A stretch of 64,000 nt of DNA from Thermoanaerobaculia bacterium (GTDB lineage: Bacteria > Acidobacteriota > Thermoanaerobaculia > Multivoradales > Multivoraceae): positions 1,632,001 through 1,696,000 of the forward strand of contig OY762911.1 of NCBI GenBank assembly GCA_963666565.1, given 5' to 3'. The notes beneath the pieces are model-generated. The model saw only the letters and a list, made by a program, of their open reading frames with translations, made no database searches and was not told where the DNA came from. A program made the translations under genes and the position numbers. Of this stretch, positions 40,278 to 51,607 are shown in pieces. Numbering within the stretch: position 1 is the first letter of the stretch; each line of letters starts with the position of its first letter.

Positions 40278-41351
40278 ATGACGCTACGCCTGACCGCCGC
40301 GCTCCAGGCAGTCGTCGCCGGCATCCTCTTCTCGACCGGCGGCGCCGCCGTCAAGGCGACGGAACTCGACGCCTGGCAGGTCGCCGGGATCCGCTCCCTG
40401 ATCGCGGCGGCGGCGCTGCTGATCGCGATTCCGGCGGCGCGGCGGTGGGCCGGCGGCGAGGGCCGGTCGCGGCCGGGCAGCGGCCCGGCGTGGTGGCGCG
40501 ACCGGGCGCGGCGCCGGGCGCTGCGGCTCACTCTGGGGATCGGCTGCTGCTACTGCCTGACTCTCGTGCTGTTCGTCCACGCGGCCAAGCGGACGACGGC
40601 CGCGGAGACGATCTTCCTGCAGTCGACGGCGCCGCTGTTCGTGCTGTTGCTGTCGCCGCTCCTGCTGCGGGAGCGGCTGGCGGGGCGGCAACTCCTGTTC
40701 GTGCCGCTGTTCGGGGCGGGCCTGGCGATGGCGTTCTTCGGCGGCGCGGACGCGGCCGCCACCGCGCCGGATCCGCGTGCCGGGAACGTGCTGGCCACCT
40801 TCTGCGGGCTGGCGTACGGGCTGACCCTGATGGGCCTGCGCGCCGCCGGCCGTCCGCTGCCGGCGTCGCTGGCGGCGCGGGAGTCGTCGGATCTTCCGAG
40901 AGCTGGCGCGCCGACCTTCCGGCGGGCGGCCGCCGTTTCGGGCGGAGCGTCTTCCGGGGTGGACGGCGGCGTCGTCCGCGCGCCCGGCATCGCGGCCGCG
41001 GCCTGCGGCAACGCGATCGTCTGCCTCGCCTGTCTGCCGGCGATGGCGCTGCCACGGTCCGTCGCTGCCGCCGACCTGGCGATCGTGGCGTACCTCGGGC
41101 TGTTCCAGGTGGCGTTCGCGTACGTCCTCGTGACCCGGGCCGCCCGCTTGCTGCAGGCGCCGGTTCTTGCCCTGCTGTTGCTGCTGGAGCCGGCGCTGAG
41201 TCCGTTCTGGGCGATGTGGCTCCACGGGGAGCAGCCGCATCTGCTCACCTGGTTGGGGGGTGCGGTCATCGCGGCGGCGACGGTGCTGCTGGCGACGGTG
41301 GCGGGGGAGGGAGAAGGAGCGAGGCCTTCGGCCTCGCGCGGCGTTTCCTGA
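40278..41351 (+). CDS. EamA/DMT family transporter
   Basis: About 10 TM; LFSTGG, LQSTAPLFV..LSPLLLRE, LLEP..SP.W. Confidence 0.85.
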   Translation: MTLRLTAALQAVVAGILFSTGGAAVKATELDAWQVAGIRSLIAAAALLIAIPAARRWAGGEGRSRPGSGPAWWRDRARRRALRLTLGIGCCYCLTLVLFVHAAKRTTAAETIFLQSTAPLFVLLLSPLLLRERLAGRQLLFVPLFGAGLAMAFFGGADAAATAPDPRAGNVLATFCGLAYGLTLMGLRAAGRPLPASLAARESSDLPRAGAPTFRRAAAVSGGASSGVDGGVVRAPGIAAAACGNAIVCLACLPAMALPRSVAAADLAIVAYLGLFQVAFAYVLVTRAARLLQAPVLALLLLLEPALSPFWAMWLHGEQPHLLTWLGGAVIAAATVLLATVAGEGEGARPSASRGVS

Positions 41352-41516
41352 AGCCGGCGGGGACGCCGGCGCACCCGGTGCGTGATGGCTCGTGGAGCTG
41401 GTTCTGCTAAACAAACGGCCGTAGCGGCGTTTTCACCACTGAACCCGACTGAGGGCGCCGGCCTCGACCGGCGCCTGGAACCTGGGAGACGCCGTTTGAC
41501 CGCCGCCGCCATTTCG

Positions 41517-42107
41517 ATGACCGAAGAGCCTCCCGCCGGGCCTCCGCCGGCGATTCCGACCAGGGCCGCAACCTGGCTCGAGGACCTGTTCGAGGAACAC
41601 CACCGGCAGATGTTCCATACCGCGTACCGCGTCCTGGGCGACGCCGGCGACGCGGAGGACGTGCTGCAGACGGTCTTTCTGCGGATGCTGAACCGGCCGC
41701 CGCAATCGCTCGACACCGGCAGGGCCGGCGGCTATCTGCGGCGTGCCGCGATCAACGCCTCGCTCGACCTGATCCGCGCCCGCAAGCGCTCGCGCCTGGT
41801 GGCGCTGGACCAGCAGGTCCTCGAGGAGGTCGGACCGGCCGTCGACCCGGCGAGCGATCCGGCGCGACGGTTCGCCTCGCTGGAGCTCCGCGACCGCTTG
41901 CGGCGGGAACTCGCCGAGGTCAGCCCGCGCGCCGCCGAGATGTTCGTGCTGCGCTACTTCGAGGGCTACCGCAACTCGGAGATCGGACCGATGATGGACA
42001 CGTCGCGCATGACGGTCGCGGTGACGCTGCACCGCCTGCGCAAGCGCCTGGGCGCCGCGTTGGCGGACGAGGAAGACGAGACAGGAACCGAGAGGGCGGA
42101 ACGATGA
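41517..42107 (+). CDS. ECF sigma factor
   Basis: AYRVLG..DAEDVLQTVFL, YLRRAAIN, FVLRYFEG..NSEI. Confidence 0.9.
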   Translation: MTEEPPAGPPPAIPTRAATWLEDLFEEHHRQMFHTAYRVLGDAGDAEDVLQTVFLRMLNRPPQSLDTGRAGGYLRRAAINASLDLIRARKRSRLVALDQQVLEEVGPAVDPASDPARRFASLELRDRLRRELAEVSPRAAEMFVLRYFEGYRNSEIGPMMDTSRMTVAVTLHRLRKRLGAALADEEDETGTERAER

Positions 42108-45088
42108 ACGACCGCAAGCAGGCAAACCGAATCTTGATGGACACCGCGCGGGCGATCGCCGCGGAGCGGCCGGCCGCCGAGGTTGAGAACGCGGCCGTCG
42201 GGCGGGTACGCCAGGCAATCGCCGCCGCCGCGGCTGCCGCGGGCGGCGCGCCCGCGAGCGCCGTCCCGACCGAAACCAACGGCGTTTCCGCCGAGACCGG
42301 CGATGCCTCGAACGCGACCCTGGCCTCCTGCGCCGACTACCAGGCGCGGATGCCCGCCCTGGTCGCCGGCACGCTGCCGGAGGCGCAGCGTCTCCTCGTC
42401 GAGGACCACGCGCGCGAGTGCATCCCGTGCCGCAAGCGCCTGCAGGCGGTGCGCGCCGGCCGGGCCGTGTCCGATGCGCCCGCGGGACCCGCCGCGCCGG
42501 CGCGGGTCGGTCGCTACTACGCGGCCGCGGCGGCGCTGGTCGGCGTCGCAGCCGCGGGCGTCTGGCTCGGCCAGCGCCTCCTGCTGCCGCCCCAGGACGA
42601 CCTCCTCCAGGTACGGAGCGTCGACGGTCGCACGTTCCTGGCCGGTTCCGGCGGCGGCGCCGGCCTCGTGGCGCTCGCCCCGGGCGACACGATCGACGGC
42701 GGCGATCGGGTTCGCACCGGCGCCGGCAGCCGGGCGGTCTTCGAGCTCGCCGACGGCTCGCGCCTGGAAGCCGCGGGGCTCACCGCGTTCCGCGTGGACG
42801 CCCGCCGCCAGGGCCACCGCGTCCGCGTGGACCAGGGCAGCATGATCGTCCAGGCGGCGGCTCAGGGGAACGGTTCCCTGGTCGTCTCGACCGAGGAGAT
42901 GCTCGTCTCGGTCAAGGGCACGATCTTCGCCGTCACCCACGGCGTCAAGGGATCGCGGGTGTCCGTGATCGAGGGCGAGGTCGAGGTGGAGCAGGGCCGC
43001 GTGCGGCACAGCCTGCTCGCCGGCGACCAACTGCGGAGCCGGACGACCCTGGCCGCGCTGACCCTGCAGGAAGAGGTCGGCTGGAGCCAGGACGCCGAGC
43101 GCTACCTGGCGCTGCTCGAGGAGTTCAAGGCCCTGCGCAGCGAACTGAACCAGTTGATGGAGGCGGCGGAACCCCGGCACTCGACGAGGCTGCTCGACCT
43201 GATGCCCGCCGACACCGCGGCCTACCTGGCCGTCCCGAACGCCTCGGCCACGTTGAGCGACCTGTTCGAGCTGGTCCGCTCGCGGATGGAGTCGAGCGAT
43301 CTGCTGGCCGAATGGTGGGCGGAAGTCGAGGCGTCGGGCGCGATCGCCGCGGCCGACGACGTCGTCGCGACGCTGCGCGAGTTCGGCGACGCGATGGGCG
43401 ATGAGACCGTCGTGGCGTTCGTTCGCGACGAAACGGCGCCCCTGATCGTGACCGAGGTAACCGACGCCGCCGCGCTGCGCGCCGCGCTCGAGGCGCACCT
43501 TGGAGAGCTGCAGGCCGGAAGCGGCGCGGCGCCGGTCCGGGTTCTGGACGACCTGGACGACCTGGGCGAGCGGGGCGACTTGGGCGAGCAGGACAGTGCG
43601 GCCGGCGACGGCGGCCTCCTGGTCTGGATCGCCGACGATCTCGCCGCGGCCTCGACCTCGCCGGCCGTGCTCCGCGCGGTGGCCGCGAACCGGCAGGAGG
43701 CCGCCGACAACCCCTTCGTCGGTTCCCGGCTCCACGGCCGGCTCGCCGAACGCTACGCCGAAGGCGCCGAGATCCTGGGCGCCATCGACCTGGCGGCGAT
43801 CCTCTCCGGCGAACTGGCCGGCGACGACGAAGCCGAAGACGACGGAGAAGGCGCCGCGCAGTTCGCCTTCACCGGGCTGGACAAGGTCCAGGACCTGGTC
43901 GTCTCCCGCAGCCAGGACGGCGACCGGGCCAACCTCACCGCGACCGTCAGCTTCGACGGCGAACGGTCCGGCATGGTCTCGTGGCTGGGAGAACCGGGGG
44001 CGAACGGGGCGCTCGAGTTCTTCTCTCCCGACGCCTCGTTCGTCACCGCGGGCGTCATCGAGGATCCGGCGACGATCTGGGACGATCTCGTCGGCTTCAT
44101 CGAGGAGCAGGGCGGCGAGATCGACGCGCCGCTGGCCGAGGCCGAGGCAGAGCTGGGGCTTTCGCTGCGCGACGAGTTCCTCGAGCACGTCGGCGGCGAG
44201 TACGCGGCCGGCATCGACGGACCCGTTCTGCCCGCGCCGGCATGGAAGGCGGTGGCCGCCGTCTACGACGCGGACGCGCTCCAGGGCTCGATCGAGACGC
44301 TGGTGGCCAAGGCGGCGGAGATGCTGGCCGAGGCCGAGGGAGACGGGCTCGCGCGGCTCGTCCTGGACGAACGGGAATCGGGCGGCCGCACCGTCTACCG
44401 CCTCGGCTTCGAGACCGCGGAGGACGCGGCGGACGCCGAAGCCGACGACGCGGCGAGCGCCGACGGCGCGGAAGACGCGGACGACGTGGACCCGGAGGAA
44501 GCGCTCGGGTCCCTGCTCGAAACTCGGGAGATCCTCTATGCGTACTTCGATGGGTACATGGTGAGCGCCTCCAGCGTGGCAGCGATCGACGCCGCGATCC
44601 GGTATCGCGGCAGCGGCGCGTCGCTCGTGGACAGCCAGCAGTTCCTCGACCTGCTGCCGCCGAACGGCTACGCCGACTTCTCGGCGGTCGTCTACAACCG
44701 CCTGGCCGACACGGCGAGCGAACTGCTCGGCATGCTGCCGACCGGCGCGGTGGACGACGAGCGGCAGGGTCTCGTCCAGGCGATCGAGGAATCGATCAGC
44801 AGCGTCGGTCCGGCGCTCTACACCGTGTACGCGGGCCGGAGCGAGATTGTCGTGACCTCCAGCGGTCCCAGCTTGCTGGCGTTCTCGGGGTTGGGGCAGG
44901 TGCTCGGCCTCGGCGCGCTGCTGGAGGCGATCCGGGACGAGGACGAGGACGAGGCCGGGCCGGGGGCCGATGTGGTCGCCGGCCTGGCAGCCGGCGAGGA
45001 CGCCGGCGCACCCGGTTTGCGGGCGGCGGCCGCCGACTTGGCCGTCGACGGAGCCGGCGGGGGCAGCTACTTGAGGCCCGCCGCTTGA
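42104..45088 (+). CDS. Anti-sigma-like protein: zinc finger (HxxxCxxC), TM, FecR-like domain, large periplasmic domain
   Basis: HARECIPC; hydrophobic helix; [25 protein letters not shown]; ATGA overlap with the ECF gene. Confidence 0.75.
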   Translation: MNDRKQANRILMDTARAIAAERPAAEVENAAVGRVRQAIAAAAAAAGGAPASAVPTETNGVSAETGDASNATLASCADYQARMPALVAGTLPEAQRLLVEDHARECIPCRKRLQAVRAGRAVSDAPAGPAAPARVGRYYAAAAALVGVAAAGVWLGQRLLLPPQDDLLQVRSVDGRTFLAGSGGGAGLVALAPGDTIDGGDRVRTGAGSRAVFELADGSRLEAAGLTAFRVDARRQGHRVRVDQGSMIVQAAAQGNGSLVVSTEEMLVSVKGTIFAVTHGVKGSRVSVIEGEVEVEQGRVRHSLLAGDQLRSRTTLAALTLQEEVGWSQDAERYLALLEEFKALRSELNQLMEAAEPRHSTRLLDLMPADTAAYLAVPNASATLSDLFELVRSRMESSDLLAEWWAEVEASGAIAAADDVVATLREFGDAMGDETVVAFVRDETAPLIVTEVTDAAALRAALEAHLGELQAGSGAAPVRVLDDLDDLGERGDLGEQDSAAGDGGLLVWIADDLAAASTSPAVLRAVAANRQEAADNPFVGSRLHGRLAERYAEGAEILGAIDLAAILSGELAGDDEAEDDGEGAAQFAFTGLDKVQDLVVSRSQDGDRANLTATVSFDGERSGMVSWLGEPGANGALEFFSPDASFVTAGVIEDPATIWDDLVGFIEEQGGEIDAPLAEAEAELGLSLRDEFLEHVGGEYAAGIDGPVLPAPAWKAVAAVYDADALQGSIETLVAKAAEMLAEAEGDGLARLVLDERESGGRTVYRLGFETAEDAADAEADDAASADGAEDADDVDPEEALGSLLETREILYAYFDGYMVSASSVAAIDAAIRYRGSGASLVDSQQFLDLLPPNGYADFSAVVYNRLADTASELLGMLPTGAVDDERQGLVQAIEESISSVGPALYTVYAGRSEIVVTSSGPSLLAFSGLGQVLGLGALLEAIRDEDEDEAGPGADVVAGLAAGEDAGAPGLRAAAADLAVDGAGGGSYLRPAA

Positions 45089-46119
45089 CGACGGGCGCCG
45101 CGAGGTCTCGGGCTTCGCCGCTCCGCGGCGGCGCCCGGAGCGGGTCGGAAGACCCGCGCACCGACGGTTCGGCCGGCGCGGCGCCGGTCATCGACCTCGA
45201 CGGCCTGGGGGTCCGCTTCGGCCGGCACCGGGTCCTGGACGACCTGCGCGGCGCCTTCTCGGGCCGGGCGATCGGCCTTCTGGGGCCGAACGGCGCCGGC
45301 AAGACGACCCTGCTCAACACGTTGCTCGGCTTCTACAGGCCGACCGCCGGCACCGCCCGCCTGTTCGGCATGGACGTCGCGAAGCAGGGCCGCGACCTGC
45401 GCCGGCGGGTCGGCTACATGCCGGAGCGGGACGCCTTCATCGCCGGCATCTCCGGCGTCCGGTTCGTCCGCCTGATGGGTGAGATCTCCGGGCTGCCGCC
45501 CGAGGCGGCGCTCGAACGCGCGCACGAGGTCTTCTTCTACGTCGGCCTGGGCGAAGCGCGCTACCGCAACGTCGAGACCTACTCGCTCGGCATGAAGCAA
45601 CTGCTGAAGCTGGCGCAGGCGATCGTCCACGGGCCTAGCCTGCTGTTCCTGGACGAGCCCACGAACGGGCTCGACCCGCCGGCCCGGGTCCGCATGCTGC
45701 GCCTCATCCGGGAAATCCGCGATTCCGGCAAGGCGACCGTCGTCGTCTCCTCGCACCTGCTGCGGGACGTGGAGGAGTGCTGCGAAGAGGTGCTGGTGCT
45801 GAACCGCGGACGGATCGCCACGTACTGCAATCTGGCCGAAGAGCGGCGCGCCAACCGGCGCTTCCTCGAACTGGACCTCGCCGCGGAGCGCGAGGGCGCG
45901 GGGAGCGCCTTCCGGGCCGCGATCGAGGGGCTCGGCTGCGAGGTGGGCGTGGTCAACCGTCGCCGGATCAAGGCCGTCCTGCCGCCCGGCGTCGAGGTGC
46001 GCCACATCTACGCTTCGGCGATCGAGCAGGACATCGTCATTCGGCGGCTCGACTACAAGCGGACCTCGCTGGAGGACATCTTCCTCCGGGCGATGGAGGG
46101 CGACGATGGCCGTCTATGA
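45085..46119 (+). CDS. ABC transporter ATP-binding protein
   Basis: [23 protein letters not shown]; start uncertain; N-terminal extension contains REP-A (45140-45162). Confidence 0.9.
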   Translation: MTTGAARSRASPLRGGARSGSEDPRTDGSAGAAPVIDLDGLGVRFGRHRVLDDLRGAFSGRAIGLLGPNGAGKTTLLNTLLGFYRPTAGTARLFGMDVAKQGRDLRRRVGYMPERDAFIAGISGVRFVRLMGEISGLPPEAALERAHEVFFYVGLGEARYRNVETYSLGMKQLLKLAQAIVHGPSLLFLDEPTNGLDPPARVRMLRLIREIRDSGKATVVVSSHLLRDVEECCEEVLVLNRGRIATYCNLAEERRANRRFLELDLAAEREGAGSAFRAAIEGLGCEVGVVNRRRIKAVLPPGVEVRHIYASAIEQDIVIRRLDYKRTSLEDIFLRAMEGDDGRL

Positions 46120-46978
46120 CCACGGCTACAAGGGCTACGACGGGCCGCTGATGCCGGCGCGCAGCCGGTTCCTCGTCATCAGCCGGTACGGGCTGCGCGA
46201 CGCGTTCTCTTCGCGGCTGTTCCTCGCCTTCTTCGCGTTCTGCTTCGCCTGGCCGCTGGCGCTGCTGGTCGCCATGTACCTGCGCTACAACGCGGAGGCG
46301 CTCGCCGTCGTCAATCTCGACTCGACGGACCTGCTCGACTTCCTGCAGGTGAACGCCTGGTTCTTCCAGAACGTCTTCCTGCGGAACCAGTTGATGCTGG
46401 GCTTCGTCCTCGTCCTGGTGACGGGGCCGTCGCTGGTGTCGGCGGATCTCCGCAACCGCGCGATGCCGCTCTACCTCTCGCGGCCGCTGACGCGGACCGA
46501 CTACGTGCTGGGCAAGCTCGTCGTCCTCGGCGTGCTGGTGTCGGCGATCACCTGGGCGCCGGGGCTGCTGCTGTTCGCCATCCAGGCTTCGCTCGGCGGC
46601 CGGGAGTGGCTGGTGGAGCACTGGCGGGTCGCCCCGGCCATGGTCGTCGTCTCGGCGGCCTGGATTCTCTGCATGTCGCTGCCGATGCTGGCCATCGCGG
46701 CCTGGGTCAAGTGGAAGCCGTGGGCGCGGATCGTGTTCCTGGGCCTGATCATGGTCGGCTCGGCGTTCGGCGAGTTCTACAAGGCGTTCTACGACTCCTG
46801 GCTCGGCAGCATGGTCGTCGCCTTCGACGTGGCGGACAGGCTCTCCGCCGCGGTGTTCGGCGCGGAGTCGCGTCTGGAGATGCCGGCAGCGGCGGCCTGG
46901 GTGGCGGCCGCGGGGCTCGCGGCGCTGTCGGCGGCCTTGCTCTATCGGCGCGTGCGCGCCTTCGAGGTCGTCAGGTGA
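46106..46978 (+). CDS. ABC-2 type permease
   Basis: 6 TM; [16 protein letters not shown]. Confidence 0.85.
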   Translation: MAVYDHGYKGYDGPLMPARSRFLVISRYGLRDAFSSRLFLAFFAFCFAWPLALLVAMYLRYNAEALAVVNLDSTDLLDFLQVNAWFFQNVFLRNQLMLGFVLVLVTGPSLVSADLRNRAMPLYLSRPLTRTDYVLGKLVVLGVLVSAITWAPGLLLFAIQASLGGREWLVEHWRVAPAMVVVSAAWILCMSLPMLAIAAWVKWKPWARIVFLGLIMVGSAFGEFYKAFYDSWLGSMVVAFDVADRLSAAVFGAESRLEMPAAAAWVAAAGLAALSAALLYRRVRAFEVVR

Positions 46979-47931
46979 GCGATGACCGCAATATCGTCCT
47001 CCGCGACGTCTCGAAGTTCTACGGCGACGTGCTGGGCGTCAACCGGGTCGACCTGGTCATCGAGCCGGGGATCACCAGCCTGGTGGGGCCGAACGGTTCG
47101 GGCAAGAGCACCCTGATGAACCTGCTGGCGGGGCTGCTGCGTCCCACGCGGGGGGAGATCCGCGTCCTCGGCGTCCCGGTCGGCCGTCCGTGGGAGCAGT
47201 TCCGGAACTTCGGCTACTGCACCCAGTTCGACTCCTTCCCGCGCGGCGTCAGCGGCTGGCAGTTCGTCTTCTCCTACCTGCTGCTGCACGGGCTGGAGCG
47301 GGGAGAGGCGGAACGCCTGACCGCGCGGGCGCTGGAGCGGGTCGGACTGATCGACGCTGCCCACCGGCGGGTCGCCGGCTACAGCAAGGGCATGCGCCAG
47401 CGGATCAAGCTGGCCCAGGCGATCGCCCACGGACCGCAGGTCATGGTGCTGGACGAACCGCTGAACGGCCTCGACCCGATGGTGCGCGCGGAGACGATCG
47501 ACCTCTTCCGCCAGCTCGCCCGCGAAGGCCAGCACGTGCTCATCTCCAGCCACATCCTTCACGAAGTCGACCTGCTCTCCGACCGGGTGATCCTGATCTC
47601 GAACGGCTACATCGTCGCGGAAGGCGAGGTGCCCGGCATGAGGGCCGAGGTCGAGGAGGCGCGGGAGCGGCCGGCGCAGGTCTTCGTCCGCTGCAATCGC
47701 CCGAAGTGGCTCGCCGGGCAGGCGTTCCAGCTCGACCACGTGACCGAGGTCCAGCTCCACGACGACGGCGGCGGCATCCACCTGCGGACCCGCGACGCGG
47801 ACCGCTTCCTGCGGCTGGTGGCCGAGCTGGTCGCGGAGGGCGGCGTGGAGGTCGAGGCGGTCGGGCCCGCCGACAGCGACCTGCAGGCGGTCTACCGCTA
47901 CCTCGTGAACGAAGACGAGGAGCCGTCGTGA
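46975..47931 (+). CDS. ABC transporter ATP-binding protein
   Basis: [25 protein letters not shown]. Confidence 0.92.
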   Translation: MSDDRNIVLRDVSKFYGDVLGVNRVDLVIEPGITSLVGPNGSGKSTLMNLLAGLLRPTRGEIRVLGVPVGRPWEQFRNFGYCTQFDSFPRGVSGWQFVFSYLLLHGLERGEAERLTARALERVGLIDAAHRRVAGYSKGMRQRIKLAQAIAHGPQVMVLDEPLNGLDPMVRAETIDLFRQLAREGQHVLISSHILHEVDLLSDRVILISNGYIVAEGEVPGMRAEVEEARERPAQVFVRCNRPKWLAGQAFQLDHVTEVQLHDDGGGIHLRTRDADRFLRLVAELVAEGGVEVEAVGPADSDLQAVYRYLVNEDEEPS

Positions 47932-48779
47932 CGGTGGCCCCCGGGGCGGCGGCGCGCGGGGTGGACTGGCCGCTGCTCGGCCGCCAGGTCCTTGGGCTGG
48001 TGCGCCTGGAACTCCGCCGGCTGCTGCTGACCCGCCGGGCGCTGCTGCTCGGCATCGCCGCGGCGATGCCGGTCGTCATCGTCCTGCTCGTCGCCACGGT
48101 GCCCGTCGGCGGCCAGTCGGTGCTGGAGCGGTTCGGCAGCCGCACGGTGTACGAGACGATCTTCGAGACCGTCTTCCTCGGCGCGATTCTGTTCTTCGGC
48201 TGCCTCTACGTGTTCTTCAACCTGTTCCGCGGCGAGATCCTGGAGCGCAGCCTGCACTACCTGCTGCTCGCGCCCGTGCGACGAGAGCTCGTGGTGCTCG
48301 CCAAGTTCGCGGCGGCGGTCGCCGCGGTGGCGGCGCTGTTCATGGCCAGCACCGCGCTCAGCTACCTGACGACCTACGCCGGCGTCGGTGTGCGGGTGGC
48401 GCTGGACGACCTGACGGCCGGCCCGGGTGGCGCGCACCTGTTCGCATACCTCGGCGTCACCCTGCTCGGCTGCATCGGCTACGGCGCCCTGTTCACCCTG
48501 ATCGGCATGGTGTTCCGGAACCCCATCGTCCCGGCCGCCGCTCTCTACTTCTGGGAGATGCTCCACTTCCTGCTGCCGCCGGCGCTCAAGAAGCTCTCCG
48601 TCATCCACTACCTGAAGGGCCTGCTCCCGGTGCCGCTTCCGGAGGGCCCGTTCGCCGTCGTCGTCGAACCGCCGCCGGCCGCCGTATCCGTCCTCGGCCT
48701 GCTGGCCTTCGCCGCCGTCGTCCTGGCTCTGACGGCCCTGATCGTGAGGCGGATGGAGGTCCGCTACACCGAGGACTGA
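47928..48779 (+). CDS. ABC-2 type permease
   Basis: 6 TM; [20 protein letters not shown]. Confidence 0.85.
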   Translation: MTVAPGAAARGVDWPLLGRQVLGLVRLELRRLLLTRRALLLGIAAAMPVVIVLLVATVPVGGQSVLERFGSRTVYETIFETVFLGAILFFGCLYVFFNLFRGEILERSLHYLLLAPVRRELVVLAKFAAAVAAVAALFMASTALSYLTTYAGVGVRVALDDLTAGPGGAHLFAYLGVTLLGCIGYGALFTLIGMVFRNPIVPAAALYFWEMLHFLLPPALKKLSVIHYLKGLLPVPLPEGPFAVVVEPPPAAVSVLGLLAFAAVVLALTALIVRRMEVRYTED

Positions 48780-48942
48780 CGGGTGCGCGGGTCTGCCATC
48801 CGTGCGCCCGATGACGGACGCACGGACTGGGACGCTGGCGGCGCGGATACGCGCCAGGGTGCTGGCCCGCTGCCGCCGTAGGCGGCGGCAAGACGCGTCG
48901 GCCGAAGGCCGGCTCCTCTCCCCATCTGCCACCATTGCTCCC

Positions 48943-49368
48943 ATGGCCACGTTCGACATCGGCGGCCTGGCGATCCCCGAGCAGGCACTGACCTTCAAGT
49001 TCGTCCGTTCCTCCGGGCCCGGCGGGCAGAACGTGAACAAGGTCGCTACCGCGGCGCAGTGCCGCCTCGACCTCGACGCGGCCGGCATCGAGGGCGCCCT
49101 GCGGCGCCGCCTGGAGAAGGCTGCCGGGAAGCGCCTCACCGTCGGCGGCGAGATCGTCGTGTCAGCTGAAACCCACCGTACCCAGGCCCGCAACCGGGAA
49201 GCGGCGCTCGCTCGCCTCGCGGAGCTGATCGAAGAAGCTCGTCGGGAACCCCGCCCGCGCCGGCCGACCCGGCCGTCCGCCCGCGCTCGCGAGCGCCGGC
49301 TTCAGGACAAGCGCCGGCGCGGCGAGACGAAGAAGCGCCGCGCCGCGGTCGATCTCGATGGGGACTAG
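48943..49368 (+). CDS. arfB: Alternative ribosome rescue factor B
   Basis: SSGPGGQNVNKV, RTQARNRE, basic tail RRPTRP..RRL..K. Confidence 0.92.
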   Translation: MATFDIGGLAIPEQALTFKFVRSSGPGGQNVNKVATAAQCRLDLDAAGIEGALRRRLEKAAGKRLTVGGEIVVSAETHRTQARNREAALARLAELIEEARREPRPRRPTRPSARARERRLQDKRRRGETKKRRAAVDLDGD

Positions 49369-49426
49369 CGCCGCACAACCTGTCGCAGGCCCCAGGTTGG
49401 TCCGAGCACCGATGTCCAGCCCAGTC

Positions 49427-49587
49427 GGGTCAGGAGGGGTCGGCGCACATGTGCCTCTGAACGAGCGACGGCCAAAGCCTCCGCGGAAGCCGACGTCGAA
49501 CCGGAGCGAGTGAAGCGGAGCGAGCGCAACCCCCTCGCATCTCCTCTCAAGCGCGAGCGTCACCTGGGCGCCGACCCCTCCTGACCC
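49427..49587. repeat. Palindromic element copy E3 (20-bp perfect TIR core)
   Basis: GGGTCAGGAGGGGTCGGCGC / GCGCCGACCCCTCCTGACCC; shares GAGCGAC, CGGAGCG and AGCGA-helix-GAGCGTC with E1/E2. Confidence 0.7.
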
Positions 49588-49640
49588 AAGACGGGCGGGT
49601 GCGTCCGACGCCGCTTCGCTGCGTTCTGCGGCAAAGCCTC

Positions 49641-50036
49641 CTAGCGCAACGCCTTCCGGCACGAAACGGTCGTGAACTGCCCGCGGTCCGCTGTCACCAG
49701 GTCGATCTCGATGTCCTGGCCCCGGCTCAGCTCGTCCCACACCGGATGGTCGAGCGACGGGCAGGCGATCTCGCCGGCCATTCGCTCGCGCTGGCGGCCG
49801 GGCATGTTCATCAGGTCGCCCGCGAACTCCGGGATCACCTGGACCCGGTGAACGAGACGGTCCACCCGTTCCAGTTCCCTGCCGACCCATACCCTGGTCC
49901 ATCCCTGACGCAACCGCTGCGGCGACGGGAAGTCGACGCCGTGACGGTAGACCAGATCGGCGCCGACGTGCGGCGGAGAGCCGCACGAGACGGGCGCCAC
50001 GGCGGCGACGAGCAACGGAAGAAGCAGGCGGCGCAT
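49641..50036 (-). CDS. Hypothetical lipoprotein
   Basis: MRRLLLPLLVAAVAPVSC signal; conserved-looking Cys pair. Confidence 0.6.
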   Translation of the reverse strand: MRRLLLPLLVAAVAPVSCGSPPHVGADLVYRHGVDFPSPQRLRQGWTRVWVGRELERVDRLVHRVQVIPEFAGDLMNMPGRQRERMAGEIACPSLDHPVWDELSRGQDIEIDLVTADRGQFTTVSCRKALR

Positions 50037-50084
50037 CGCGCCGGAGAAACTACCGCACTCCGCTCGAACGCGACAGTGCGACTT

Positions 50085-50221
50085 GGGTGCGCGGGTCTTC
50101 CGACCCGCTGCCGCCGCAGGCGGCGTCCGGAATCGTCGCCGGCCCTTGGCCGACGGCCGTGTTGTCCGGGCTACGCCGCTCGGCGGCGTCGCCCTGGGCG
50201 GGTCGGAAGACCCGCGCACCC
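50085..50221. mobile_element. Intergenic REP doublet (REPIN-like)
   Basis: REP-A 50085-50108 (+) and 50198-50221 (-) inverted around a palindromic spacer. Confidence 0.8.
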
Positions 50222-50257
50222 GGCGAAGTCCAGCAAGGCTGAGGCTAAGCTCCGCCC

Positions 50258-51583
50258 ATGCGCGCAGCGGCCCTCCTCGTCTTCGCCTTCGCAACGGTCG
50301 CACCCGCCCTCCAGGCCGACGACTGGCCCCAGTGGCGCGGCGATGAACGCCGCGGCGTCTGGCACGAGGACGGCATCATCGAGCGCTTCCCCGAAGACGG
50401 CCTCCGCTTCGCCTGGCGGGCGCCGATCGGCCCCGGCTACGGCGGCCCGGCGGTCGCCGCGGGCCGCGTGTTCGCGACCGATTTCGAGCGCCTGCCCGGC
50501 AACCGCGGCCGCGAACGCCTGCTGGTCCTCGACGAGCGGACCGGCAAACAGCTCTGGGAGCACGCCTGGGAGACCGAGCTGGCCGGCCTCATGCCCGCCT
50601 ACGCGAACGGCCCGCGCGCCACGCCCACCGTAGACGGCGACCGCGTCCATGTCCTCGGCTCCGCTGGCTACCTGGCGGCGCTGGCCGTCGACGACGGCCG
50701 CGTGCTCTGGCGGCACGACCTGGTCGCGGACTACGGAGCGCCGATCCAGCCCTGGGGCTTCGTCGGCGCGCCGCTCGCCGACGGCCGCCAGATCGTCGTC
50801 CTCGTCGGCGGCGAGCCGGACGCCATGGTCGTCGCCTTCGACCGCGAGAGCGGCGACGAACTCTGGCGTTCGATGGAAGTGGACAACGAGCCGGGCTACA
50901 ACCCGCCGGTCATCTACGAACTCGGCGGCCGGCGGCACCTCGTCGTCTGGCATCCGAAGGGCATCGCCGGCCTCGACCCGGACGGCGGCGAGGTGTTCTG
51001 GCGGTTCCCCTACGAAGTGGAGTACGGCCAGACGATCGCGACGCCGATCCAGGACGGCGACCAGCTCCTCGTCTCCTCCGCCTCGCACGGCTCCACGCTG
51101 ATCGAGGTCGCCGGCCCGTCAGGCGGCAAGCCCGAGGCCAGGATCGTCTGGAAGGGCAAGAGCAGCAGCAAGCAGAACCTCGACGGCCTGCACGCCTTCA
51201 ACTCCACGCCCGTCTTCGACGGCGACATGATCTACGGCATCGGCGGCCAGGGAGCGCTCCGCGCCATCGACCGCGCCACCGGCAAGGAAGTCTGGGCGAC
51301 CTTCGAGCCCAGCGAAGACGCCCGCATCGCCACCGCCTTCCTGGTCCGCAACGGCGACCGCTACTTCATCAGCAACGACCGCGGGGAACTGATGATCGCC
51401 CGCCTGAGCCGGGACGGCTACCGCGAGATCGACCGGACCCGCCTGCTCGAACCGACCACCCGCAGCATCCGCATCCGCCGCGAACTCGGCAAGCTCCTCT
51501 GGGTGCACCCCGCCTACGCGAACGGCCACATCGTGCATCGCAACGACCGGGAGATCGTGCGGGCCTCGCTGCTCGCCGAGTAG
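50258..51583 (+). CDS. PQQ-like beta-propeller repeat protein
   Basis: Signal peptide, DWPQWRG, repeated AxDxxxGxxxW motifs, PAYANG. Confidence 0.85.
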   Translation: MRAAALLVFAFATVAPALQADDWPQWRGDERRGVWHEDGIIERFPEDGLRFAWRAPIGPGYGGPAVAAGRVFATDFERLPGNRGRERLLVLDERTGKQLWEHAWETELAGLMPAYANGPRATPTVDGDRVHVLGSAGYLAALAVDDGRVLWRHDLVADYGAPIQPWGFVGAPLADGRQIVVLVGGEPDAMVVAFDRESGDELWRSMEVDNEPGYNPPVIYELGGRRHLVVWHPKGIAGLDPDGGEVFWRFPYEVEYGQTIATPIQDGDQLLVSSASHGSTLIEVAGPSGGKPEARIVWKGKSSSKQNLDGLHAFNSTPVFDGDMIYGIGGQGALRAIDRATGKEVWATFEPSEDARIATAFLVRNGDRYFISNDRGELMIARLSRDGYREIDRTRLLEPTTRSIRIRRELGKLLWVHPAYANGHIVHRNDREIVRASLLAE

Positions 51584-51607
51584 GCGGACCGCCGGTGCGC
51601 CTACTCG

